The translations under genes and the position numbers were made by a program. From contig NW_026974140.1 of the NCBI RefSeq assembly GCF_037042905.1, positions 496,001-558,000 on the forward strand: DNA of 62,000 nt. Reading direction: 5' to 3'. The stretch is from Lytechinus pictus. Taxonomy: Eukaryota. The notes beneath the pieces were generated by a model that ran no database searches, was not told the DNA's origin, and saw only the letters and a list, made by a program, of their open reading frames with translations. Numbering within the stretch: the first letter of the stretch is position 1; every line of letters begins with the position of its first letter. Below are positions 39,564 through 52,990 of the stretch, in pieces.

Positions 39564-41836
39564 CCATTCTGTTCATGGTTCCATTGCTTTTTATGTCTTG
39601 TTTTAGGTCTAAATCTAGGGGGAAAATCACCTCGCGTCTAATTCTCTAATATGACGTTTCTTCTTTAAATAAAAAACGGACTTGAACTTTCCAGTTTTTA
39701 GATCTGAATTAAAAATAATAATAATCAGCTCGCGCTTCGCGCTCGCATTAATTGTTTGATTACATACTCATCCTGGTTATGATTTCAAAACGTGGTTAAC
39801 ATGTTCAGTTCTCAATAATACTCATATTGTACATGACAGAAAAAGTGCTTAGATTGTCCGAGTTTCGGGCGGAAAATTAGAATTTCTGTTCGCGCTTCAT
39901 GCACGCTCGCATCATAAAGTTATGCTTATATATCCATCCAATTTATGGTTGAAAATGTGATTCGAATATACATTTTTTAGTCCCAGATATTGAAAATGTA
40001 CAACTCGCTCTCGCATTTTATTGATTGGTGAGATTTGTATTACATGTACATTCATGAGTCACTGCAAAACGAATACTTTTGTAGGTGAGTATATTAAAAA
40101 TTACTTCTGTGTTTCGCGCTCGCACGAATCTTTTCGTTAGATACGCATCTTCTTCATGATTACAATAACTGCCCAGAATATTCAATTCTCAGTTCTAAAT
40201 AAAAATATACAATAAATTTAGCTTGCATGTGATATATTTAGACCTCATGAGATAAGGTAAGATAAGACTGTATTAGAACTTCGATCTTTAGTTAGGTCAA
40301 GCCCTCTAATATAAAATGAATAAATAAATAAATAATAACGTGAATAATCCCCCCCCCCAAAAAAAAAAAAAAAAAAAAAAAAAATGATTTTGGCGGCCTA
40401 TCGGGAAAGTGTGAATGATAATACCCACCCATACCTTTAACTGATGAAAGCCTGTACTGCCCTGGGTATGGTGGAAGAAAATGTGACTGAGGAGAGTGTT
40501 GAACACTTCCAAGACTCATGGTCATATAGCTGACGTCGGTACACGTTACCGATATACATTTGTAGAATCAAGGGCTATACCGACAAACATTTTGAACATT
40601 TACGATGGAGTGTAGCTCGTGAGCAAAAAATAAAATAATATAATCACTTTTGAAAATGAACACCACTTCTCCCCCCCCCCTCTCCCTTGCATGGTTGTGG
40701 AAGTTCGTAGTGTTTTTCGTTTGCGCGGGGGAGGGGCTCAAATAAAGGATTATAGGTATGTTCGTTTTGATCACACGAATCAAGCAGTGATAATAATACA
40801 TGGGCACCTTGAGCACCTAACAAGATGGACACGTGTGCTATATATATATTATATTATTTTATTACTATTATTATCATTACTTAGAACTTATACGCTACTC
40901 GCCCCTCCCACTTCCCTCGTCTCCAATTTTTTTTTTAGGGGGCCGCAGGTATAGGCATAATCTATAGCGTTCCCGCTCCCCCTTTCAATAATTTTAATTT
41001 TTTTTCATCGTCCATTCTGGAGATATATGATTTCATCTCTCCGATCCGCCTCGTCAGTGTGTAAATGCGCTAGCGTGAAGGGAGGGGGTCGCTAGCAACC
41101 AACCTCCAACTTTGGACAACACAAGAAATAGGAGAAAAAATAAAGGACATTTTAATATTAGAAACGAAAATGTCTGCTATGTTCTTGTTTGTCTTTTCCC
41201 CTGTTTATATTCCATAATGATGTAATGATTTTCATTTCAAGATTTCAAAAATCACATGTTCAGACCCCCCATTCCTCCATGTCCAGGGTTGCACTTTGTG
41301 AATAAGAGAATTCAACCTGGTCACACGTCGTTTTATTTTCGTTTTCAGATCCTTTCATTTTACTTCTCTCTCCCAATTTTCTTTCTTTAGTCATGTTCGT
41401 TGTGTTGTAGAACAATAGAGTGGACTCTTTGACGTCGAAATAAGGTTACCAGACTAACGAAGGGAATGGGAAAGGTAGCGATAAATGGAAGCGAGGGGAA
41501 GGGGCACGCCCTCCTAAATTTTAGATAAGTGGGGTAGTTACCCCCTTAAAAAGGAAGAGGGAAAGAAAGAAAGAAAGAAAAAAGAAAAGAAAGGAAAAAT
41601 GTGAAAATAAAAATAAGAAAAAGATGAATATCACATGTTTACTAAAACCAATAATACCAAAATAGCAGTTTTGACAAAGGAAAATACTTAAAATTTAAAG
41701 CAAAATAATCATACAATCAAAAATAAAAAGTTTGTTTTCCGCACCAAAATGAAGGTGTTTGGATCAAACCTGTACATCACCCCCATATAAATCTTGGAGG
41801 TGATTTAGCACCCCCGCTTACAAAGGCCATGTGCAT

Positions 41837-42115
41837 CGGTGTTTCCACAGATCCAAAACAAACTTCTCGAATTTATAGACATTTCCTAGAATTTTTAGTT
41901 TGATTTTAACAAAAATTGTACAAAAATGTAGCCAGCCGAAACTTTCAGCAAACAATTTTAAAAATATAACATGAATGTTGACAGTTGCTATGTTTAATTA
42001 TTGTTTACTTGTAATCTTTGGATTTCCCGAAATTTCCTGCATGGATTTGTTTCATTCGGAACCTTTCCTGGAAAAGGTAAAATTTCCCGAAATTTCGGGA
42101 GGAGTGGAAACACTG
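41837..42115. mobile_element. hAT-type MITE
   Basis: CGGTGTTTCCAC ... GTGGAAACACTG with a perfect 8-bp TSD ATGTGCAT (41829-41836, 42116-42123). Confidence 0.88.
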
Positions 42116-45100
42116 ATGTGCATCACGGGAATATCTAGATATAACCCTTCATAATGCAATGTTATAAGGGGTTATAAGTAATATCACGAACATGCTATTA
42201 AAATAAAAATGTAGGATTTTAATATAAAATCGAAAAACTTTTCAAATTCAACTCTTTGCGTTTACTCGCATTTCTCTATTTTATTACTAAACTTTATATG
42301 CCCTGTCGCCGAACCCTGCATGTGTCTTTCCACATTTTTTAAAATCGGATTAAAGTGACATTTTTAGATTGGTGACTTCATTTTTTTGTACAAAATACCA
42401 TCTGGACGTCTCAGGATTCTGGAGTTTCTTGGGGCTTTGCTATCTATGCCTAGAGAAAGGGGAAATAGAGAGGAACGATAAGAAAGGATATAAGAAGAAG
42501 AAAAGTGAATGAAATAAGAAAAGAGGAACGATTTGAAAACAGAAAAAGTAGAAATCATTATACAAAAAAAATCAATCGCGAATATACTTTTAAAAAAATC
42601 AGCTTGCGTTTTACATGCGCTCTTATCATTATTCAGGAAAATATGCAGCAATATTCCAAAACAGTTTATACAATGTTTCGTATTAAGATCTTAATTTCAA
42701 CAAATATCAGCTCGCTTGGCGTATAAACTTTATACTTACCATAAGACCGTATTTGATTAGAATGACCCGATTCAGCTCTTCATGTCAAAATATTAATAAT
42801 TTTCAACTCGTTCTTCATGCTCCGCGCACGCACCATTCTGTTGTATAATCAATGCAATTTAATAAGTTTGAATCTCGGGTTTTCAGTTATTTTTTTCCAA
42901 GCAATGTGCTTATAATGACAATCCTCGATCCTGCTAATTGTTAATATCATAATATGTTGGGTGTGGATCATTTGGTGTGTGTGGGTTGAATCATATTTTT
43001 AATAAGTACACTCTATTATTCATGCCAAAATTTTAAACGATATTATGTTTCTTTTGTTATGAAAATGCTAATACGCATTTACGAGAACAATAAATCAAAT
43101 CGAATTGTTTAAGATGAACATACCCTGCGTGATTACCAAAAGTGAGTAGAATGACCCGTTTAAGATGTTCATGTTCATAAAAAAGTTCGCGCTCCTATAT
43201 TTATTTTCAAGGCGAAATATAAAAATAAACATTACCTTGCGCGCTTCGCGCTCGCATCATTAATTTAGGCCATAGTAGGTCCATGATTGTAAGAATAAAG
43301 CTACGATGTACTTAAAAATTCAGACTTTAGTTGCATGGGACACCCCCCCTAAATGATAATAATTAAGCATTTATCAGCCGATGTGGAAGAAATGTGGATG
43401 GAAATATTTCTTACCCCCCCCCCCCCCCCCCCCGAAGTACGTAAAAATATACATTCTGGCACTGGCGGCGGAAGATCATGCTTCAACACCGCCGGAACAC
43501 CGCCAATCCAGAATCTAATATTTTTATGCTTTCGCCGCCGGCCACAGAATAATGCAAATATTTTTATGTCCTTTTTATCCCCAGCATATACCTTTATATT
43601 TTATATATTTTATGCTGCACCAAATCTTTTTATATAATTATTATAAAAATGTTCGTTATACATTGGTTGTTGGGCTGTGCAGTTATGTGTTGGAGGGGGG
43701 GGGGACAGCTTTACGTTGTGCAGGGGTGGATCCAGGTTTTTCTAAAGGGAGGAGGCACAATTCATGAGAAAATTTTGAAAAGAAAAAAAAGAAAGAAAAA
43801 AAAAGGTTTTCATCTAAAAATTTACAATCTAAAGGTATTTCGCCAAAAATTTGTCAAGCAAAAGAAGAAGAAGAAAGGACCTCGCGTTCAAAGGAAGGGA
43901 GTGCATACGTGAGTAAAATATGGCAGATTTACTACACAAGTTTTGACTACTGCTCTCAAAAAGGTGCTCGGCCCATTAGAGAAACAGTCTTGAATAAATG
44001 AAATGTTATAATCATGTGACTGCACAATTAAAAATGAATGTCCTGTATTATGTTCATTTTTCGAGCGATATGGGAAGAGTCTTGCGTAATACCAAGTAAT
44101 TTGCATACCCACATAAACAACGAAACGTTCACGCATGGGATAAAGCCATCCTTCCCTCAGCTAGCCATGGTCCATGCCTCAGCTCACGACACACGCAGAG
44201 CTCGAGAGACCACATGTTCTTATTCTATTCTCAAGTACATGTATGATGTTCTGGATCGCACATATTTTATTCTGGTGCTACACTTTCGCTTTATCTTCAT
44301 GTAATATTAAAGTACATCGCCCCAAATTTGCCACGTTACTACCATCCCGGCGAGGAGTCAGTAAGTCTGCATTTTTCTTATCTTAGATGGTCTGTACATA
44401 TCTTTCGTTGCGCTATCAGAATCTGTTTTTCTTCTTTCATACTACTTTCTCTGCTTCGACTAGAACCGTCAAGGCACTATAGAAAAGAGCCAGCATGCAG
44501 AGAACATGCGCTGCATGTAATGTTTACAATTCTCAGTGCATGCCGGCCGGAGCGGCCTTGCCCCCATTCACTATTGGTTGATTGACAGTTCTCGCTTGCG
44601 TGTCCGTTACGATCTCAACGCAGAGGGAGGCATACAATTTTATTTTCAAATCGGGATGTCACAGTAGTTTGGGAAATCGTCTAGTAGACGAGTTCTAATA
44701 TAATCACATTTTCCTACCTACTAACAACTTTTCATTCAAAATAAAGATGATTTCTAGGGTTTCTTAGAACAAGTACATAAACTCATAAACATAATTCATC
44801 TTAATTTGAGAATTTTTTAAATCAGCTTCTCACAATGTTAAACGATCCCTTTAACTCAAATAACTGTATATAGTCAGGGTTAGACATTTCCCTTTTTGAT
44901 ATATTTCATTTTCTTGACTTTTTTTAGGAGTACATCTTTTTTCAATAAAACCGAGATGTTTTATATGCTGACAGAATAGATTTACATGTCTTTTCGTCTA
45001 TACATATACACCTTTGAATCGTATGTATCATAAATCAATTTGTTTGTGATAATATGACAGTTTACATTATCATGTCAGCTAGTTTAATCTAAACATTTCA

Positions 45101-45474
45101 CCACATTCAAGCCAAAATTATACCAAACTAGTAGTATATGTTTATTAATCTACTTTCAGAATTGTCTAGCTAAAACCCTTTTAGATATTCCTCCTTTCAC
45201 AGGGTCTGTCTATTTTAAATAGGATCTTCAGAATCTCTCTAATATTGTCGATGTAATATTAATGAAAAAAATACTTATATTGTGATAGGTTGACAGTGTC
45301 AGATCAGTATTATATGAACGTGAATTATAAAAGACGCATTCTCTTATTTTTAATTAATTAAGATTATGTATATAGTAAAAAAAAATTGCGTCTATTAAAG
45401 AAACGTTGATCTTTCTGCAAAATCTGTAACCAAATAGGGGGAAAAAATAATTCGAGCCTTTTTTTTTCTTTAAA

Positions 45475-47156
45475 AACCTGGTCTGGGAAAAGACTTTGGA
45501 CTCATATAATAATTTTTTTAACAACCGGGTCTGGAAAAAAAACTTTGGACGTATATTATAATTTTGAAACAACCGGGTCTGGAAAAAAGACTTTGGACTT
45601 ATTTTATAATTTTTGAAACAACCGTTTCTGAAAGAAAGACTTTGGACTTATTTTTTAAACAACCGGGTCTGGAAAAAAGACTTTGGACTTATATTATAAT
45701 TTTTGAAACAACCGGGTCTGAAAGAAAGACTTTGGACTTGCATTATAATTTTTGAATTAACCAGGTCTGGAAAAAAGACTTTGGACTTAGATACTAATTT
45801 TTTAAACAACCGGGTCTGGGAAAAGACTTTGGATTTATATTACAATGTTTGAAACAACCGGGTCTGAAAAAAAGACTTTGGATTTATATTATAATTTTTG
45901 AAACAACCGGGTCTGGAAAAAAGACTTTGGACTTATATTATAATTTTTGAAACGACCGGGTCTGGAAAAAAGACTTTGGACTTGCATTATAATTTTTGAA
46001 TTAACCAGGTCTGGAAAAAAGACTTTGGACTTAGACAATAATTTTTGAAACAACCGGGTCTGGGAAAAGACTTTGGACTTGTATTATAATTTTTGAAACG
46101 ACCGGGTCTGGAAAAAAGACTCTGGACTTATATTATAATTTTTGAAACAACCGGGTCTGGAAAAAAGACTTTGGATTTATATTATAATTTTTGAAACGAC
46201 CGGGTATGGAAAAAAGACTCTGGACTTATATTATAATTTTTGAAACAACCGGGTCTGAAAGAAAGACTTTGGACTTGCATTATAATTTTTGAATTAACCA
46301 GGTCTGGAAAAAAGACTTTGGACTTAGACAATAATTTTTGAAACAACCGGGTCTGGGAAAAGACTTTGGACTTGTATTATAATTTTTGAAACGACCGGGT
46401 CTGGAAAAAAGACTCTGGACTTATATTATAATTTTTGAAACAACCGGGTCTGGAAAAAAGACTTTGGATTTATATTATAATTTTTGAAACGACCGGGTAT
46501 GGAAAAAAGACTCTGGACTTATATTATAATTTTTGAAACAACCGGGTCTGAAAGAAAGACTTTGGACTTGCATTATAATTTTTGAATTAACCAGGTCTGG
46601 AAAAAAGACTTTGGACTTATATTATAATTTTTGAAACAACCGGGTCTGGGAAAAGACTTTGGATTTATATTACAATTTTTGAAACAACCGGGTCTGAAAA
46701 AAAGACTTTGGATTTATATTATAATTCTTGAAACGACCGGGTCTGGAAAAAAGACTTTGGACTTATAGTATAATTTTTTAAACAACCGGGTCTGAAAGAA
46801 AGACTTTGGACTTGCATTATAATTTTTGAATTAACCAGGTCTAGAAAAAAGACTTTGGACTTATATTATAATTTTTTAATTAACCGGGTCCGGAAAAAAG
46901 ACTTTGGACTTATATTATAATTTTTGAAATAACCGGGTCTGGAAAAAAGACTTTGGACTTATGTTATAATTTTTGAATTAACCTGGTCTGGAAAAAAGAC
47001 TTTGGACGTATATTATAATTTTTTTAACAACCGGGTCTGGAAAAAAGACTTTGGACTTTTATCATAATTTTTGAAACAACCGGGTCTGGAAAAAAGACTT
47101 TGGACTTACATTATAAGTTTTTAATTAACCGGGTCTGGAAAAAAGACTTTGCACTT
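45475..47156. repeat. 49-bp tandem satellite, ~34 copies
   Basis: Consensus AACCGGGTCTGGAAAAAAGACTTTGGACTTATATTATAATTTTTGAAAC. Confidence 0.97.
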
Positions 47157-47258
47157 TCGTGCTATATCATGGTCCTATTGCAATAGGTCAATCGCTATAT
47201 GAACGCATTACTAAAGGATTTTAGTTTAAAATGGATTCGCCAAAAATCCCTTCAAATT

Positions 47259-47477
47259 TATTACATTTGTGGGTAAAGTCATTATTACATTTGTGGGCGA
47301 TCAAAAATTATTACATTTGTGGGTAAAGTGCATTATTACATTTGTGGGCAAAATTATTACATTTGTGGGTAAAGTGTTATTACATTTGTGGGCGTTATTA
47401 CATTTGTGGGTAAAGTGTTATTACATTTGTGGGCGTTATTACATTTGTGGGCGATTATTACATTTGTGGGTGTAACA
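47259..47477. repeat. Minisatellite, TTATTACATTTGTGGG core x10 with short variable linkers, ending GTGTAACA
   Basis: Read directly from sequence; its right end is part of a ~90-bp tandem duplication (47459-47548 / 47551-47640). Confidence 0.9.
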
Positions 47478-47745
47478 GGGGGGTAACAGTCCCTGACGAT
47501 ACAAATATGGGGATAATATTTTACTTGAAGTAGATGTCAGGGGCGATTAATACATTTGTGGGTGTAACAGGGGGGTAACAGTCCCTGACGATACAAATAT
47601 GGGGAAAATATTTTACTTGAAGTAGATGTCAGGGGCGATTGTCTATAGGGTCATCGTTATAGAACCCCATGGACTCGTATCATTGGCCTTTTGACCTCTT
47701 GATGGCATTGGATCTCACTATATCCTGATCATAATTTTACACACA

Positions 47746-47833
47746 CCGCGGACTATCGGACCCGCGGTCTATCGGACCCGCGGACTATCGGACCCGCGGT
47801 CTATCGGACCCGCGGTCTATCGGGCTGTAACCG
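47746..47833. repeat. 16-bp tandem repeat CCCGCGG(A/T)CTATCGGA x5, probably subterminal repeats of a DNA transposon end
   Basis: Read directly from sequence; ends GGGCTGTAACCG. Confidence 0.8.
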
Positions 47834-48192
47834 CTTGTTAGTCGTGAACTGGTGAAATCATCAAAGAATTGCATTAGGAGACAAGTTATGAATTTAATTA
47901 GGGAGTGTGAGCGAGATAGCTTGCAGATAATCCCAGTTTACAACATTTTCCTAATTTTATGTTTTCAATTTCACGAAAATCATCATAATAACTCCAAATG
48001 CATGTGTAATTCAGCGTGTACAACACTGAGTTGAGGTTGAAATATAAATTGTATCGTAATCGTCATATACTCATATTTGAAATTGCATCAGAATTTACAA
48101 CCCGTAAACTTTTCAAAGATTGGGCCATTCGTTCTTATGTTTTGTAATATTTTTCTCCTGTTGAATAAAATGCAATGCACGCTAACACTTAA

Positions 48193-48600
48193 CCCTTTGC
48201 GTGCGACGGGCTTCCACAGAAGCCCAGCGAGTCGTTCACTTAGCTACGACGGGCTTCTACAGAAGCCGAGATTTGTTTGGTTTAATTCGATGAAGTTTTT
48301 CAGCTTTTTCGTAATTGTTATGTACTAAAACCTTTCCCACTATTTCCTTTATAAACCTATTTCGACAATCAAATGAAAAAAATACACAGCTACGTGGAGA
48401 AAAATCCCTAAAATAGGAAATCATTTCAACTTTACCCGAATTTTTCGTTGGAGTCAGACGGAGAGGATAAATTTTGTGACGTGCACGTACGCGCGCGCAC
48501 ACTAGGCCTGATCACGTGATTTGTTCTGATCACGTGATTTGTTTTGATCACGTGATTTGATCCATATCGTTGTTTTGAAAGATAAGCTAAAATCATTTCT
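48193..48600 (+). mobile_element. piggyBac-like left end (orphan)
   Basis: TTAA|CCCTTTGCGTGCG, subterminal direct repeat CGACGGGCTTC(C/T)ACAGAAGCC x2; no matching right end found, extent uncertain. Confidence 0.6.
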
Positions 48601-48779
48601 GGAAGATCGTCACGTAATAACCTACGCGTTTATTCACGATTTTCGTCTTATTTGTTTCATCAAGACGATATCACTCTAGATAGAATGATATCTCCATGGT
48701 TTCATCGATCGATTGTATTTTCAGAAAAACAAAAAGCTTGTAATGTCTTTTTAGTACTTTGAGCTGATCGCGGTGCACT

Positions 48780-51700
48780 TTTGAACTTTTTCCCTCCCCA
48801 TCATCCCTCATTATTTTTCTCTACTTTTCTAAAAAAAGAAGAGAAAAGAAAGCAGTTTAGCACACCATTTATCTTATGCTCTTTTCAAAAGGAAAACGTC
48901 CATGTAGTTCATGATATCGGCACTACCGAAACAAAAGAATGTCTGGGCGGCAACTCAAACAAATTCCTTCCGAAAAGAGCAGGATACAGATGGTCAACGC
49001 CCCGAACAAAAGGAAGATTAGCGTTTATCGGCAAGATTACCTATTGAATGCCCTTCGTACTTAGCAATACAACAAGTTTTTATGAATACTTTTCCGACCA
49101 ACATACTTTATCTAAAAAGAAGAAAACAAAATTGTCTCAATTACCAACAAAACAGGTGCTTATGACATCGGTCAGTGATCCATTTTGCATAAAAGCGCCT
49201 CCCCTGGGTGATGATGCATATGAGGATGAAAGAAGAATCATTTAGGGAAATTATAGGAAAAAAATGTTTATATGTCACGGTGAACGAGAGAGAATGAGAG
49301 ACAGAGACGGCTAATAAAAATATATTATTTAATTCATGTCAATATACAGAATGAATTTATAATAGGTTAGGTTCTAAAAGCTCTTTATCTTATTCTCCTT
49401 TTTTCTCCCAGACGATTTTTTTTGCATTGAAAAGTTGACGGAAACATTATCACTTAAAATTAGAAAAACCAACAATGAACTAAGTTTCCTCGCCTGAAAT
49501 GGAGGAAATAGAATGATATATGATGAGAAATTACGTTAAGGCACCCACTATAAAGAAAACGCGTTTGTCTGGCGTGTCACCAGACAGAACCCGCTCAATC
49601 CTACAAACTTTTATTCATGTGTGACCTACACCCCCTTCCCAAAATAAAGGTTGATACCGACCCAAATTTTATTGATTTTCCTACTTTTTCGCGAATTTCT
49701 TTTTTTTACCGGCAAATTGCGTGGTAGAAAATATTTCATATAGAAAAAAATTGTTTCCTTTACTGCAAACATTTGGGGCGCTTACCCTGGTTAGCATATA
49801 AACCAAAATATCTGATTTTAAAAATAAAAAACAGGGGCCGCTGAGCGCTTTGATAATGGAGGGGTTGAGCTGAATGTGGGAGGGAGTGGACTTGCCAAAA
49901 AATCACAAATTTATATAGACTTCGGATTTTTTTGTACATGTTTGCTGAAAGGGGTGAGGACTGAAACTTCCTACCAACTCCGCAGCCTCTGTACTATTAG
50001 ATAGAGACAAAAATGAATTCTAACTATTAGGAATGTTTTTTTTTATTTATTACTTTGTTTTCGGTTGTGAAACCAATGAGACAAATTGAAAATAGAACAA
50101 AACGAAAGAACAAATAAAAAAAAACTTTTATTGCGTAGGCTATAATTTATTCAAGAAAAAAATACTTTCTCTTAATTTCAGTAATTGCTAGCATGGCTCT
50201 TTTTGAGGGAATAGTAAGATAAAGAAAGAAACGTAGAAAGTGACAAGAAGAGAGTTGGGAGGTATGATTTTTGACTCATAATTTTAGTCACTTTTATTCG
50301 ATTTAACTCTTTGAAATAATTTCAGGATATTACAAATCGAATACCGGTGCGCAAAGCTCAGGAACAACATTATTTTATTACTATAATTGCTGCGTGGAAA
50401 ATCGAATTAAATGAGACATTTGATTTATGAAAAAAATATAAAAAAAGAAAATTACTTTTAGTGAAAGATTGAGGTCTCTGTCTTGCCATAACCCTAAGCC
50501 CCAAGTTCACAAAAAATAGTTTAGTTGTGCATTTTCATACGATGATGATCATCATCGTATTGTCTTTTGCGAAGATATCTACCCACGTTATCAATATAGA
50601 AAATGGAAGATGATACAGAATTTATTATGAAATGACAGTAACAATAGTAATTGTAAAAGGTTTTCGGGACATTATTTGAGAAACTGGGGGAAAACCCCCC
50701 AAAAATTTCGACATAATGACCACGATGCAATAGGACGAGAGGCCCATCTCCGATACAAGTTGGTAAAAACGAGGCATTCTCTCGGAAGCGTTTCCGATGA
50801 AGAGAGAGGGAGAGAGAGGGGAGGGAGACGTTAGATGTAATGTAAAATGACAGGTACTGAGAAGGAAAAATCAGAGAGAAAGGATTGGGGGGATGGGGGC
50901 GGGTATATACCTCGTAATCCAAATCGGGAAGACGGAAGACGATATGTACAGATACAATTTAAATGAGAAGAACTCAGAGAAAAAAGGTGTAGAAGGGAGG
51001 GGCATAGAAAGACGATAGATATAAGGGAATGAAAGCGGTAGATAATACATTCAGTTTATAGGTTAGAAACCAGAGAAAGGGAAAACGAAGAAATCCCTTA
51101 TTGGTACCGTTTTATAAATGTACATTTTATATTGACAAATGCGCAAAAATTAAACACATTTACCATCCGCCAGTCAAATAGGAGGATTTCAGTAGCTTTT
51201 AAGTGTTATTGAAAATTAGTAAACAAATTTTATATAAAACGGGCCCCTGGTAATTTTTTGAACCCCCACCCCCTCCCGCTTTCCCTCGTTCTCTCATCCG
51301 ATATTGCTCTTATTTTTGTCTTCTATTTCAAAGGAAACAAACAGAAAATAAAGGAATTTAGAACACCGTCTATCCTCCGCTCTTTTGAAAATGAAAACGT
51401 CCATGAAGTTCTTGGTCTCGGCAGTCCCCAAACAAAAGAAATTCATGGCGGACACTCAAACAAATTCCTTATAAAAAGAGCAGGGGACAAATAGCCAACA
51501 CCCTGGATAAAGGAAGATTAGTGTATTTCGTCAGGATAATATTTAGCAATACAAAAAGTTCTTAGGAATACTGCTTTTCATATTAGGACAGCAACATTAA
51601 AAAAGTAAATGATTACTCAATTTATAGTGACAGCACATGCAGGCGCTTAAAACATGGCAAGAACATTTTCTTCTTGAGCATGACAGTGCTTTCTTCACAA

Positions 51701-52990
51701 AAAAAAACACAATTTCCCCTGGGTGATGATACACATAGGGATGGAAGAAGATGCAAGTGAGATTAAAAAAAGAATAGAAAATGCAAATCGAGATACATCT
51801 ATAGGAGAATAATAAAACGACAGAAAGGATGGAAGGGAAAAAGAGGAAATAGACCAAAAAGGTATAATGTAAACCATAATGTGCGCTTTTGCTATTGCAT
51901 GAATATTTACTTAAAAAGAATTATAGAATACTAGTCCCCTACCTCAATTCACGCCATTTTATAGAATGAATTTGTCATGTTAGGTTTTGGAAGCTCTTCA
52001 TCTCATTCTCTCCTTCTCTCCCATGTGAAAATTTTTGCACTGAAAATTCGACAAAGCATAATCAGTTCAAACGCTAAAACTAACAATGAACTAAAAGTTT
52101 CCTCGCCGGAAATTGATGAAATAGAATGATAATTTACGTTGAGGCATCCACCTGAAAAAAACCATGTTTGTTTGACGTGTCCCGACAAACCCCTCTCAAT
52201 CTTGCACCTACCCCCCCCTAAAAATGTTATTAATTTTTTCGCCAGTTTTTTTTTTTTTTTTTTTTGTCTTTTGTTTTTCTGCCGAATAGCGTAGCAGAAA
52301 AGGATCCATTTAAAGAAAAAAAAAGACAGGTTGTCCTTATATTTTTTACGGCAAACATACTATTGGGGCGCTTACCCTGGTGAGCTTCAAAACTCAAATA
52401 TAAAAAAAAAAATGGATAAATAAAAGGGACTGCTAAGCGTTTTTTATAATGGAGGGGTTGAGCTGAATGTGCGAGGGAGTGATCGGCCCCTAAAAATCAT
52501 AAATTTATGGACTTCGCGTTTTTGTATACGTTTGCTGAATGGGGAGGGGGGGGGGGGGTGGACTGACGCCTCCTACCGACTCCAACGCATCTGTATTTAT
52601 TTGAACGATTAAAAAGATAGAGACAAAACGGGATACAAATCTTTCTTTATTTATTACTTTTGTTTTCGGTTGTGAAAAAATCCAGAACGGTTAAAAACGA
52701 ATAAAATGAAAGAACAAAATAAAACACTTTTAAATTAAAAGCATCTGAATTAAATTTAGATACTACCATTTCAGTAGATAAAAATAATTTACTTTCTCTC
52801 ATTGTGACAAAGAGTTATCGGTAGCATGGTTATTTTGGAGGGAAAAGGGAGATAGAAAAATGAAACGTAGAACGAGACAAGGAGAGCGTTTGGAGGTATA
52901 ATTTCAGATCCACTATTTGAGTCATATTTACCCCCTTCGCTCTTTGAAATTGCAACAGGAAAACAAATCGAAGACAAATGCGCGTCTCGA
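48780..52990. repeat. Diverged direct duplication of ~1.6 kb (~48780-50360 and ~51255-52990)
   Basis: Collinear shared blocks, e.g. GAAAACGTCCATG, CTCAAACAAATTCCTT, AAGGAAGATTA, TTGGGGCGCTTACCCTGG, ATAATGGAGGGGTTGAGCTGAATGTG, GAAACGTAGAA. Confidence 0.8.

Larger units (their letters stand above)
34923..44850. mobile_element. Kolobok-like TIR element (~9.9 kb, non-coding/decayed, with nested insertions)
   Basis: TTAA|AGGGATTGTTTCACTTTGTGAG..ATTTAAAAAATT vs reverse complement of the right end AGGGATCGTTTAACATTGTGAG..ATTTAAAAAATT; TTAA on both sides. Confidence 0.65.

Noticed and set aside
45475..47156. CRISPR-like array
   Set aside because: Monomers are contiguous with no unique spacers, there are no cas genes and the context is eukaryotic; it is a satellite.
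47259..47477. Repeat-spacer (mini-CRISPR) pattern
   Set aside because: Linkers are only 2-10 bp and recur, so they are not unique spacers.
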